Source of the DNA: Dehalococcoidia bacterium
Lineage (GTDB): Bacteria; Chloroflexota; Dehalococcoidia; Lucifugimonadales; UBA1123
DNA: 64,000 nt
NCBI GenBank assembly: GCA_965207355.1
Contig: OZ242284.1
Location: forward strand, 40,992 to 104,991
Direction: 5' to 3'
This document shows positions 8,467-17,575 of the stretch, one piece after another. The number at the start of each line of letters is the position of its first letter. The first letter of the stretch is position 1. Below the pieces are notes generated by a model. The model had not been told where the DNA came from and made no database searches. It saw nothing but the letters and a program-made list of their open reading frames with translations. Made by a program: the position numbers and the translations under genes.

Positions 8467-9951
8467 CTAAAGGATGACACTAAGCGGATTCTCCAGCAGC
8501 CGCTTTATCTCGTTGATGAAGAATGCACCCTCCGCGCCATCCACTATGCGGTGGTCGGCGGACAGGGTGGCGGTCATCATCTGCCGGACGATTATGCTGT
8601 CGTCCGCCACCACCGCGCGCTTCTGCACTGCGCCCACGGCCAGAACTGCGGTCTGGGGCGGCTGGATTATCGCCACGAAACTGGTCACGTTCATCATGCC
8701 CATGTTGGACACCGCGAACGTCCCGCCCGAGTACTCCTCCGGTCGCAGGATGCCCTGGTTCGCGCGCGCGGCTAGGTGCTTGGTGGCCTGAGCTATTTCT
8801 GCCAGGGACATCTCGCCCGCTCCAACGACGGCGGGCATTATCAGGCCCTCCTCCAGCGCCATCGCGATGCCGACGTTGATGTCGTCGTTCATCCTGATGC
8901 TGCCGTCCTCGTAGTAGGCGTTGAACTTGGGGAACTTCTTCAGAGCGAGGACGCTGGCCGCGATTATCAGGTCGTTGACCGTGGCGCGGACTCCTCGGTC
9001 CGCTAGAGCGTCGTTTATCTGCCCTCTGAGCGCCATGGCTTCGGTCATGTCCACGTCCGTATTGACATAGAAGTGGGGCTTTTCATCCTTGGAGCGGATC
9101 GTCACCCGCGCTATCTGCTGCCTCATGCGGGACAGCGGAATCAGGTCGGAATCAGGTTCGGGTTCAACTACCTCTTCTTCCTCTTCGACCTCCGCTGCCA
9201 CGGGGGCTTCTTCTACTTCAGGTTCGGCAGGCGCCTCGACCTCAGGCTCCGGCTCTATCTCCGGCTCTGCTTCTACGACCTCGGCAACGACCGCAGCTTC
9301 CTCCACCACCACGGGTTCAGGCTCCACCACGACCGGGGCTTCGACTTCAGGCTCGACGGGAGCGGCGGCGCCCGACGCGACAAACTGGGCTATGTCCTCT
9401 TTGACGATTCGTCCGCCTGGCCCGGTGCCATCCACGTCGGCGAGGTCTATTCCGGCTTCGGACGCCATCTGGCGCGCGATTGGCGTGGCGAAGATGCGCC
9501 TGTCGGAGGCCGGTTCGCCGGGCGTTTCCAACGGTTCGTCGCCAACACTGTCAACTGGCGGCGCCGGAGCGGGCGGTACGGACGACGCTCCGAGAGGAAT
9601 CGCGTCGTGAGCCTCTTCATCTTCGTCAGGCGCTTGGGAGACTGGCTCGGCTTCTACGACCACGGGCTCGGGCTCCGGTTCAGGCGCGGGGGCCGTGGCG
9701 GTAACTTCGGCCTCTTCACCGACCAGGGCGATTGGCTGACCGACGGGCACTGTGGCGCCCTCTTCGACGAGTATCGTCTGCAATACGCCGGAGGCGTAGG
9801 ACTCGAATTCCACCACCGCCTTGTCGGTCTCTATCTCGGCAACGGGCTCTCCCAACTCGACGTTGGAGCCTTCGGCCTTCAGCCACCGTACGACGGTGCC
9901 TTCCTGCATATCGTAGCCCATCTGGGGCATGGTGAGTTCAGTAGCAGCCAA
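8467..9951 (-). CDS. dihydrolipoamide acyltransferase (E2) of a 2-oxoacid dehydrogenase complex
   Basis: 494 aa. Lipoyl domain 'EIETDKAVVEFES', E3-binding segment 'IFATPIARQMASEAGIDL', catalytic 'LSADHRIVDGAEGA', and long Pro/Glu/Val/Ala linkers. Confidence 0.9.
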   Translation of the reverse strand: MAATELTMPQMGYDMQEGTVVRWLKAEGSNVELGEPVAEIETDKAVVEFESYASGVLQTILVEEGATVPVGQPIALVGEEAEVTATAPAPEPEPEPVVVEAEPVSQAPDEDEEAHDAIPLGASSVPPAPAPPVDSVGDEPLETPGEPASDRRIFATPIARQMASEAGIDLADVDGTGPGGRIVKEDIAQFVASGAAAPVEPEVEAPVVVEPEPVVVEEAAVVAEVVEAEPEIEPEPEVEAPAEPEVEEAPVAAEVEEEEEVVEPEPDSDLIPLSRMRQQIARVTIRSKDEKPHFYVNTDVDMTEAMALRGQINDALADRGVRATVNDLIIAASVLALKKFPKFNAYYEDGSIRMNDDINVGIAMALEEGLIMPAVVGAGEMSLAEIAQATKHLAARANQGILRPEEYSGGTFAVSNMGMMNVTSFVAIIQPPQTAVLAVGAVQKRAVVADDSIIVRQMMTATLSADHRIVDGAEGAFFINEIKRLLENPLSVIL

Positions 9952-10058
9952 GGAACTACCCCTCTCTATAATAGGTAATACGGCTCTCCATGAGACGGTA
10001 GAGCCGCTTTGATTTACGATAACTGTTCAACCGGGTTCAGTTAAATGAGCCGCAAGTT

Positions 10059-11036
10059 CTATATTCCGAAAGTGCGGCTTATTTCGCTCACGACCCTGTC
10101 GGCGTCGGGAATAGTCGCGGCTTCGAGTTGGCCCGAGTAGGGCGCCGGCACGTCTATGCCGCCCACGCGCACAACTGGGCCGTCGAGATAGTCGAACGCC
10201 TCTTCGTGAATCGCGCTGGCGACCTCGCCCGCGAATCCGCCCGTCTGCCATGCCTCTTCCACCACTACGGCGCGGTTTGTCTTCCTGACCGATTCGGCTA
10301 TGGTTTCGATGTCCAGCGGCCTGAGTGTTCTCAGATCAATTACCTCGGCCTGCCTGCCGCGTTCGGCGAGCTTGTCGGCGGCCTGCATAGCGATATGCGC
10401 CATGCGAGAGTAGCCGATGATCGTGACGTCCGAACCCTCGCGTCTCACCTTGGCCTTGCCGAAAGGCACCTCGTAGTATTCCTCTGGTACTTCCCCTCTG
10501 TAACCGTATATGAGCGCGTGCTCAGCGTAGATAATCGGGTTGTCGTCCTTGAGGGAGCTTCGTATCAGACCGAGGGCGTCATACGGAGTGGACGGCACCG
10601 CGACCTTGAGTCCGGGGACGGAGGCGTACCAGCCTTCGAAGCTCTGCGAGTGCGTTGCGGCGAGCTGCGCGCCGCCTCCTGTGACCGTCCTTATCAGCAT
10701 CGGCACCTTGAGCTGGCCGTTGGACATATATCGCAACTTTGCCGCGTGGTTGATTATCTGGTCCATCGCCAGCAGAGAGAAGTTGATGGTCATGATCTCG
10801 ACGACGGGCCTCATTCCCACCAGGGACGACCCGATAGCGGCGCCCACGAAACCGGACTCGGAAATGGGCGTGTCCCGGATGCGTTCGGGGCCGTAGCGTT
10901 CCAGAAATCCGCGCGTCACGGCATACGCGCCGTCGTATGCGCCGATGTCCTCGCCCATCATGAACACGTCTTCGTCCCTGTCCAGGGCCTCACGCAGTCC
11001 GTGGGCAATGGCCTCTCTGATTATCATTTCAGGCAT
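10059..11036 (-). CDS. 2-oxoacid dehydrogenase E1 component, beta subunit
   Basis: Start taken at the internal 'MPEMIIREAI...' (cat at 11034-11036), giving about 325 aa, the usual size. The longer ORF to 11144 runs into a repeat element. Confidence 0.88.
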   Translation of the reverse strand: MPEMIIREAIAHGLREALDRDEDVFMMGEDIGAYDGAYAVTRGFLERYGPERIRDTPISESGFVGAAIGSSLVGMRPVVEIMTINFSLLAMDQIINHAAKLRYMSNGQLKVPMLIRTVTGGGAQLAATHSQSFEGWYASVPGLKVAVPSTPYDALGLIRSSLKDDNPIIYAEHALIYGYRGEVPEEYYEVPFGKAKVRREGSDVTIIGYSRMAHIAMQAADKLAERGRQAEVIDLRTLRPLDIETIAESVRKTNRAVVVEEAWQTGGFAGEVASAIHEEAFDYLDGPVVRVGGIDVPAPYSGQLEAATIPDADRVVSEISRTFGI

Positions 11037-11143
11037 AAGCCGCTCCGAGTCCTGGTAGTCCGACAACTTAGTTGTGATGGATATTCCTATTCCGATTTGT
11101 CCCCTCTCCCTTGGGCTCACAGGGATAGGCAAACATCCAGTCA

Positions 11144-11206
11144 CCTACGAAATCCGATCAATAGATCCCCTCTCCCTCAGGGAGAGGGCTAGGGTGAGGG
11201 TGAAAA
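11144..11206 (+). repeat. REP-like element, family A (extended form)
   Basis: 'cctacgaaatccgatcaatagatcccctctccctcagggagagggctagggtgagggtgaaaa', inside the E1alpha/E1beta intercistronic gap. Confidence 0.9.
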
Positions 11207-11246
11207 CACACTGTCCCACAGAGGGTTGATGTCTATTAGATAGCTT

Positions 11247-12221
11247 CTAGGCATACACATTCTTATAGAGATCGTCGAGTTCCGGGAACGGACTCTCGCG
11301 GGCGAACCTGACCACCTCGTCCATCTCGTCCGCGACCTGGGAGTCTATCTCCTCCAGTTCCCCGGCTGTGATGAGTCCCTCTCCGATAGCGAGCGTCTTG
11401 AAGCGGTCAATCGGGTCGTTGATTCTCCACTCCTCCACCTCGTCCATTTCCCTGTAATTCACCGGGTCGGCCATGGAGTGTCCGCGATACCGGTACGTCA
11501 TGGCCTCCAGGAACACGGGGCCGTTGCCGGACCGTACTCGATCAATTGCGTAGGAGGTTGCCTCGCGCACCGCTATGAGGTCCATTCCGTCAACCTGTGT
11601 CGCGGGAATCTTGTAGTACTCGGCGGAGTTGTAGATGTCCCGCCCGGCGGCGTGTGTCATGTCCACGTGCGAGCCCATGCCGTACAGGTTATTTTCCAGC
11701 ATGAAAACGACGGGCAGCTTCCATAGGGAAGCGAGGTTGAGCGACTCGTGGAACTCTCCTTCGTTTACCGCGCCGTCGCCGAAGAAGACCATGACCACGC
11801 CGTTCTGCTTCTTCATCTTGATGCCCAGGGCCATGCCCACGCCAATCGGCATCTGTCCTCCGACGATAGCGTGGCCGCCCATGAAGTGGAGATTCGCGTC
11901 GAACAGGTGCATCGAGCCGCCCTTGCCGCCGCTGGAGCCCGTTGCCCTTCCGCAGAGCTCCGCCATGCAGGCTTTGGGGTCCATGCCGCGAGCGAGCGCA
12001 TGTCCATGGTCGCGGTAATGAGTGATGACGTAGTCCTGCGGCTCCAATAGGCTGATAGCCCCGACCGCCACGGCCTCTTCTCCTATGTACAGATGGAGAA
12101 AGCCACGGATAAGACCCTGCATATAGAGCCTGCCGCTGGCCTCTTCGAACCGTCGGATGAGAAGCATCTTCCGGTAGAAGTCGGCCACCTGCGCCTTGTC
12201 TATATTTATAGCTACTTTCAT
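11247..12221 (-). CDS. 2-oxoacid (pyruvate/acetoin-type) dehydrogenase E1 component, alpha subunit
   Basis: 324 aa. ThDP-binding 'GDGAVNEGEFHESLNLASLWKLPVVFMLENN' and 'YRYRGHSMADP'. Confidence 0.9.
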   Translation of the reverse strand: MKVAINIDKAQVADFYRKMLLIRRFEEASGRLYMQGLIRGFLHLYIGEEAVAVGAISLLEPQDYVITHYRDHGHALARGMDPKACMAELCGRATGSSGGKGGSMHLFDANLHFMGGHAIVGGQMPIGVGMALGIKMKKQNGVVMVFFGDGAVNEGEFHESLNLASLWKLPVVFMLENNLYGMGSHVDMTHAAGRDIYNSAEYYKIPATQVDGMDLIAVREATSYAIDRVRSGNGPVFLEAMTYRYRGHSMADPVNYREMDEVEEWRINDPIDRFKTLAIGEGLITAGELEEIDSQVADEMDEVVRFARESPFPELDDLYKNVYA

Positions 12222-12264
12222 AGACTTCCTCAGTCAGTTGGCTTTTACCGTCACTTATATATTG

Positions 12265-12321
12265 AAAATCCCCTCTTCTTTATCCCCTCTCCCTCTGGGA
12301 GAGGGCTAGGGTGAGGGTGAA
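12265..12321 (+). repeat. REP-like element, family A (half copy plus full copy)
   Basis: 'aaaatcccctcttctttatcccctctccctctgggagagggctagggtgagggtgaa', between the E3 and E1alpha cistrons. Confidence 0.9.
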
Positions 12322-12358
12322 CTGCAATCCACTCCTTCCAAGCGAGTAAGTCCCATTG

Positions 12359-13741
12359 TCAGATATGTATCGCCTCGCCCTCCGCGGCGAGAGCGGCCTC
12401 CTTGACCGTCTCGGAGATTGTCGGATGCGGATGTACCAGCCAGCCAAGCTCGGTCGTGGTCGCCTCGAGCAACTTCGTCATTCCGAGTTCGCCGAGCAGT
12501 TCCGTAACTTCGGCCCCTATCATGTGCGCGCCCAGAATCTCCCCGATTTCCTCGTCAACCACCAGCTTCACCATGCCCTCGGACTCGTTCATCGCAAGCG
12601 CCTTGCCACTGGCGGCCATGGGAAAGCGGCCCACCTTGACCGGATAGCCCTGCTCCCTCGCCTGGGCCTCGGTCAGGCCGAAGCTCGCCACCTGTGGTCG
12701 GCAGTATATGGCCCTGGGTATCTGGACATAGTCCAGCGGCTGTGGGTCGAGGCCGGCAATGCACTCGACAGCCGTTACGCCCTGTGCGGACGCAACGTGC
12801 GCCAGCAGCATCTTTCCGGTAACGTCGCCTATCGCGTAGATGTTTGGGACGTTTGTGCGCATGGAATCGTCAACTGGTATGAATCCGCGTTCGGTACGGA
12901 CGCCCGCGGCTTCCAGGCCGATGCCCGCGGTGTTGCCCTGCACTCCCACCGCCACCAGTACCTTGTCACACTCTTCTACCATGTTCTCCGTGTCGGTCGA
13001 GATCGACACCCGGGCTGAACTGCCGTTCACCGAGATACCCTCCACCTGAGCCCCGGTAACGCTCTTGATGCCCTGCCGTCTGAATGAACGTTCGAGTTGA
13101 TCGCTTATCTCTTCGTCCTCGTTGGGAATGAGGCGCGGCATTAGCTCGACCATAGTGACATCCGCGCCGTAGGAACTCCATACATATGCGAATTCGCAGC
13201 CGGTAGCGCCGCCACCGACTATCACAACCCGGCCTGGGACCTCTCGGAGTTCAAGCGCCTCGCGGCTGGTGATGACGGTCTCGTGGTCTATCGGCAGACC
13301 CGGAATGTCTCTCTGGCTCGCGCCGGTGGCTACTATGATGTGATTCGCCGACACCAAGCTGCCGTCTTCGGTGATGCGGACGGTGTTCGCGTCCTGAAGG
13401 ACTCCCGTCCCCTGGATGTGGTCCACCTTATTCTTGCGCAGCAGCGATCCGACTCCACGGGTCAGCCGACCGACGACCGTGCGACTGCGGTCAATCGCCT
13501 TCCCGAAGTCCGGGTTCACGTCGCCGACGCCGATGCCGTACTCGTCGGCGTGTCGGATGATGCTGAGCACCTCGGCATTTCGGAGAAGGGCCTTGGATGG
13601 GATACATCCCCAGTTGAGGCAGATACCGCCAAGAGTGTCCCTCTCGACGACCGCCGTCCTCATACCCAACTGTCCGGCGCGAATTGCGGCTACATATCCC
13701 CCCGGACCTGAGCCGAGAACCAATACATCATATTCAGGCAA
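12359..13741 (-). CDS. lpdA: dihydrolipoyl dehydrogenase (E3)
   Basis: 460 aa. 'GSGPGGYVAAIRAGQLG', redox disulfide 'CLNWGCIPSK', C-terminal 'HPHPTISE'. Confidence 0.92.
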   Translation of the reverse strand: MPEYDVLVLGSGPGGYVAAIRAGQLGMRTAVVERDTLGGICLNWGCIPSKALLRNAEVLSIIRHADEYGIGVGDVNPDFGKAIDRSRTVVGRLTRGVGSLLRKNKVDHIQGTGVLQDANTVRITEDGSLVSANHIIVATGASQRDIPGLPIDHETVITSREALELREVPGRVVIVGGGATGCEFAYVWSSYGADVTMVELMPRLIPNEDEEISDQLERSFRRQGIKSVTGAQVEGISVNGSSARVSISTDTENMVEECDKVLVAVGVQGNTAGIGLEAAGVRTERGFIPVDDSMRTNVPNIYAIGDVTGKMLLAHVASAQGVTAVECIAGLDPQPLDYVQIPRAIYCRPQVASFGLTEAQAREQGYPVKVGRFPMAASGKALAMNESEGMVKLVVDEEIGEILGAHMIGAEVTELLGELGMTKLLEATTTELGWLVHPHPTISETVKEAALAAEGEAIHI

Positions 13742-14228
13742 CGACGAACCTCTTGAATAGTCTTATCATGGTCGTCCAAACGACCCAAACCATTCTACAC
13801 CAAACCGACGAGCCATAAAAGTTTGAGAAACGCCGCCGCGCCGGATCCGCCCTGGCAGCTGTTGCGCGCAAGCGCAGAAATCCCTTCCCCTTCAGATTCG
13901 TCGGTTCGGGCGAGATCATAAATTGTTCTTTATAATTTACTGGTGGGGTTACAAGTGAGTTTCCAAGTGGGACAGGATGCGAGTCACGTGGAAAGTGACC
14001 TGTTATCACCTGTTGTTAGCTACGGACCGAAAAATTTTCTTCGGCGGATTCATTTTTGATAATCTCTTGTTTATGCACCGAATGCCCGGAGCGGCGTTTT
14101 CCACGCGCCCATTATAGCGGACGGAATATATGTTCGTCTAGGGAGAGCGGAAGTCGGAATATACAAGAGAGGGAGCCCAGGCGCAGAGCTTCAGATCCGA
14201 TTGCCCTGAGGGTGTCTCAGTGGGATTT

Positions 14229-14645
14229 CTACCAGTCCGACGACACCTCATAGAACAGAAGGCGCTTCCGCCCGAAGTCGTAGTCCATTCGCATACGATT
14301 CAGTATGTTCACTCCCAATAGAGATTCCAAATCATCCGTCTCCTCGGATGGCTTCCCAACCGAGAGGATTATTCTGAACCTGTAGATTCTGTCGGCTCCC
14401 CGAAAAGATATATCGGCTGGTTCATCGTAGTAGATTTGTTCTCCGCCAACGCCGCTCATCCTGATCGGATTCTCCAGTTCGTCAAATGGAAAGTTGATGG
14501 TTTCGCTATCATCGGGACCTAGCGTGGTAACATCGGCTCCGGTGTCAACCAGAAAATCAACATACTCGCCGACGCCAAAACGGGGCAGATATACATACCC
14601 CCGCAGATAGGCGTGACCGTCCGACTTGAAAAATCCGTATATCAC
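14229..14645 (-). CDS. retropepsin-like (clan AA) aspartic protease
   Basis: 138 aa. Catalytic 'FLVDTGADVTTL' and 'LLGVNILNRMRMDYDF' near the C-terminus. GTG start overlaps the res stop (GTGA at 14642-14645). Confidence 0.7.
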   Translation of the reverse strand: MIYGFFKSDGHAYLRGYVYLPRFGVGEYVDFLVDTGADVTTLGPDDSETINFPFDELENPIRMSGVGGEQIYYDEPADISFRGADRIYRFRIILSVGKPSEETDDLESLLGVNILNRMRMDYDFGRKRLLFYEVSSDW

Positions 14646-17575
14646 AGGGGCCTCCGGTTGAACGGTGTCCGTATAACCTTGCGGCCCGGCGCCCGTATAA
14701 ATCTTCTGGCTACGTCGGATCGGTCTATTCCCAACTCATCCAGCTTGGCGAGGAGTTCCTTGGTAGACTCCGCGACAATCGCTTCCCCGCTGTCCGGCAT
14801 CGCAATCCACCTGTCCGGGTATTTCTCCACCAGGTCGTGATACTGATCCTCAATGAGCTTATGAAGCTCCTCAGCTCTGATGAATCCTTCGATCAGGACA
14901 GACTCGCCGCCCATCTTCTCAAGCCATTCAGGCATCTGTCTCCGTATTTCGTTATCTGACTTTTCCGCAACCATCATCTCCCTCCATCGCGCGGAAGGCA
15001 GACTGAACGCTTGAACGATGTCCGCGAACCTATGGGCGGGGATGTCTGAGTAATCTATCTGCGCCACTTTCACAAACCGCCAGGGTATCCCTGTGAGCGT
15101 GGATGCGTTGGCGCACCAGATATTGGCCGCCCTGTCTTTGTTGGCTACGTTGGTATCCTCCATGCCTTTGGTCTCAATAAGGTAATGTTGACGGTCGGGG
15201 CCAACCGCCACGAAGTCCGGGTAGTAATGGCGGATGTTACCAGTATTGGCGATGTACTGAATCTTGAAACCCAGGCGCAGGGGAATCTTGGCGAATCTGA
15301 CAATATCGGGGGCAGATTCCAGGAAACGAGCGAACCCGGCCTCGAACTCGTTATCCGCCGCGACCAGGTTGAACACGGTCTTGGACGCCAGGCAGGTAGG
15401 GCGCGACCACGGGAAAGGCTCGGTGTCGGATAGCCGGAACGGGGCAGACAGAAGAACGGGTTCCAGTTCCTGGCGCAGCAGCGGGCGTATAGCGCGAGCG
15501 AAGCCCTGCACGGTGAGAAAGCCGATGCCCGGCCTGGCCAGAATCGGGGCAAGCGAGTTGTCTTCGAGGTCAACCGGCTGTCCGAAAGCCCGACGCGCGA
15601 AGAATTCCCGCAGCTTATCCACGATGATGTCGAAATGACCGGGCAGATTCGTTTCCCTGCTGATTCGGGTGGCGTAGTAGCTGATTACTTCGCCGCAGGT
15701 GTTGGGACTCGGCAATTGATAAGTGCGCGCAAGCAACTCTTCGTCCGTGAGCGCGTCCAATCCCAGGTACTCGAACGATGTATCATCCCACGCTTCCAGG
15801 CTGAACGGCAGATTATCCACCTGAACAGTATCTATATTCAGTTTGGATATTTCCTCGCGTGTGTCGCTCCTGCGTTCATAGGCAGGCGATATGTTTGGAA
15901 TAGCGATGTCCATGTCTATCTTGTCCGTGTCGGGATAGATGGATACGATGACTATCGGCTTCTGGTCAATCTTCTCTGTCGGCAGCGCGACGTCCTCTAT
16001 CTTCTCTAGGTCCGCCACGAACTCCATGAACTTCTCGGTTCCGATGATGTCCACTCGTTCACGATAGCCGCTCTCCACGCCCGCTTCACCCGGGAACATA
16101 AGCCGCAATCCGCGTCCAATCGCCTGCTCCGGCAGTATATTGGCTTTGGAACTATAGGGACGCAGCCCCAATACGACCGTGACGTTGCGAACGTCCCACC
16201 CTTCCCTCAGCATCATGACGCTGATTACGGCGTTGATAGCGCTATCGTCGGAATCTATGTCTTTGACTATCTCACGAGCCTTTTGCAGATCCCCAACCCT
16301 GGTCTTGGATGTGCTGAACTCGCCGTTGTTGTTGGTATGGATAACCTGCAACTTGCCATCGCCGAAATACGCTGGGTAGGTCTGTCGCAGATACTCGCCC
16401 ACGTTGTCCGCGTCTCTGGAACGCTCGAGCATGGCGAAAAGCACGGGCCTCTTGTTCAGAGGTTTTAGCTGGTCTCGATATTCCTGCCAGCGATTCACGG
16501 CCGCGGTTATGTATGCTCCGTAGTGGACGGATGCGTCAGCCGACTCCACTTCCCCGGCCCCGCTTATCTCTCCTCGAATAGGCTGCTTCACTATCCCGTC
16601 CTCTATGGCCGCCCTGAGCGGATAGTCGTATATAGTCCATGGAAACAAGGTCCCGTCGTTGAAGCGCGGCGTGGCGGAAAAGTCCAGCTGCGCCATGAAG
16701 CGCTTACCGCCCAGACGCTCGCGCAATCCCCGAATTGTCTGGTTCCAGGCCGAATCCTCGTCGTGAGTATGGTGCGCCTCGTCGTTGATTACCATTAGCG
16801 GCGCTCGTCTCCGCACTATCCTGTCATCGAAATCGTCGCGCTCGTCAGGCATATCACTGGCTGTCGGCCCCAGCAGGTCGGCTATTGGCACGGGTGGGCC
16901 GCTTGCGCGTCTTCCGCTTCTCCGGGGAGCGTCGTACAACTGCTGTACGTTGGTCAGATACACTGCGCCATGCGAAGAGAGATCAGCGCGGTCCCCACGC
17001 ATGAAGAACCGGACATCGCCCCACTCATCGCTGTACTCGGGCGGGATGATTGGTAGGTGGCGGAACAACGACCCGCCCGCGAAGTCCCCCTGGAGCCGCT
17101 CGAATACTATGACGTTCGGCGCTATTATCAGAAAACTGGTCGCGTACTCATCGCAATCCGGTTCGTTCACCGCGTTGAGATAACTCCACGCCACGCACAG
17201 CGCCATTACCATCGTCTTGCCGCTGCCCGTTGCCATCTTGACACCGTAGCGCGCGAAGTCGCCATACTGAAGCAGCCGGACATCGGGATTGGGCAGGAAC
17301 GCTTCAAGCAGCGTCCTGTTATCCCGCCGCTTCATAACCTCATAGACGTAAATCAGCGACTCGACCGCCTCGCGCTGCGCATCGTAGAACGCGAATGGTT
17401 TGCCCTCAACCTCGTGGTCGGTATCGAACCACCACTCCAGCAGTCGCTTTGTCGTGTCGGTCGCGCTAGGATAACCCGCGTCGCGCCACTCGCGGACGGC
17501 GGACGCTACCGCCGGGGCGCAAGTGGCCGCTAGGTTGTCGGCGGCGAGAGACTCAGTCAGCAGTTGCCGAGTCAT
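14642..17575 (-). CDS. res: Type III restriction endonuclease, Res subunit, with extra C-terminal domain
   Basis: 977 aa. SF2 helicase motifs 'ATGSGKT', 'INDEAHH', 'MLREGWDVRNV', 'QAIGRGLR'. PD-(D/E)xK nuclease 'YYPDFVAV...YLIETKG'. About 120 further residues follow the nuclease. Confidence 0.9.
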   Translation of the reverse strand: MTRQLLTESLAADNLAATCAPAVASAVREWRDAGYPSATDTTKRLLEWWFDTDHEVEGKPFAFYDAQREAVESLIYVYEVMKRRDNRTLLEAFLPNPDVRLLQYGDFARYGVKMATGSGKTMVMALCVAWSYLNAVNEPDCDEYATSFLIIAPNVIVFERLQGDFAGGSLFRHLPIIPPEYSDEWGDVRFFMRGDRADLSSHGAVYLTNVQQLYDAPRRSGRRASGPPVPIADLLGPTASDMPDERDDFDDRIVRRRAPLMVINDEAHHTHDEDSAWNQTIRGLRERLGGKRFMAQLDFSATPRFNDGTLFPWTIYDYPLRAAIEDGIVKQPIRGEISGAGEVESADASVHYGAYITAAVNRWQEYRDQLKPLNKRPVLFAMLERSRDADNVGEYLRQTYPAYFGDGKLQVIHTNNNGEFSTSKTRVGDLQKAREIVKDIDSDDSAINAVISVMMLREGWDVRNVTVVLGLRPYSSKANILPEQAIGRGLRLMFPGEAGVESGYRERVDIIGTEKFMEFVADLEKIEDVALPTEKIDQKPIVIVSIYPDTDKIDMDIAIPNISPAYERRSDTREEISKLNIDTVQVDNLPFSLEAWDDTSFEYLGLDALTDEELLARTYQLPSPNTCGEVISYYATRISRETNLPGHFDIIVDKLREFFARRAFGQPVDLEDNSLAPILARPGIGFLTVQGFARAIRPLLRQELEPVLLSAPFRLSDTEPFPWSRPTCLASKTVFNLVAADNEFEAGFARFLESAPDIVRFAKIPLRLGFKIQYIANTGNIRHYYPDFVAVGPDRQHYLIETKGMEDTNVANKDRAANIWCANASTLTGIPWRFVKVAQIDYSDIPAHRFADIVQAFSLPSARWREMMVAEKSDNEIRRQMPEWLEKMGGESVLIEGFIRAEELHKLIEDQYHDLVEKYPDRWIAMPDSGEAIVAESTKELLAKLDELGIDRSDVARRFIRAPGRKVIRTPFNRRPL

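Noticed and set aside
9150-9700. Apparent short tandem repeats (gaacc/ggttc/ggctc-type periodicity)
   Set aside because: This is the coding sequence of the Pro/Glu/Val/Ala-rich inter-domain linkers of E2 ('EPEPEPVVVEAEP...'). It is low-complexity protein linker, not a DNA repeat feature or CRISPR array.
9073-11192. ORFs 9073-9978 (+) and 10128-11192 (+) opposite the E2 and E1beta genes
   Set aside because: Shadow ORFs in high-GC coding DNA. The opposite-strand genes carry unambiguous lipoyl, catalytic and ThDP motifs.
13742-14228. ORFs 13734-14009 (-) and 14056-14253 (+), and a possible tRNA/att site in the spacer left of the R-M island
   Set aside because: The ORFs have no motifs, odd composition, and overlap the lpdA start or the protease end. 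I could find no cloverleaf or T-loop (GTTCRA) signature. Only the short CACCTGTT words are reported, as a finding.
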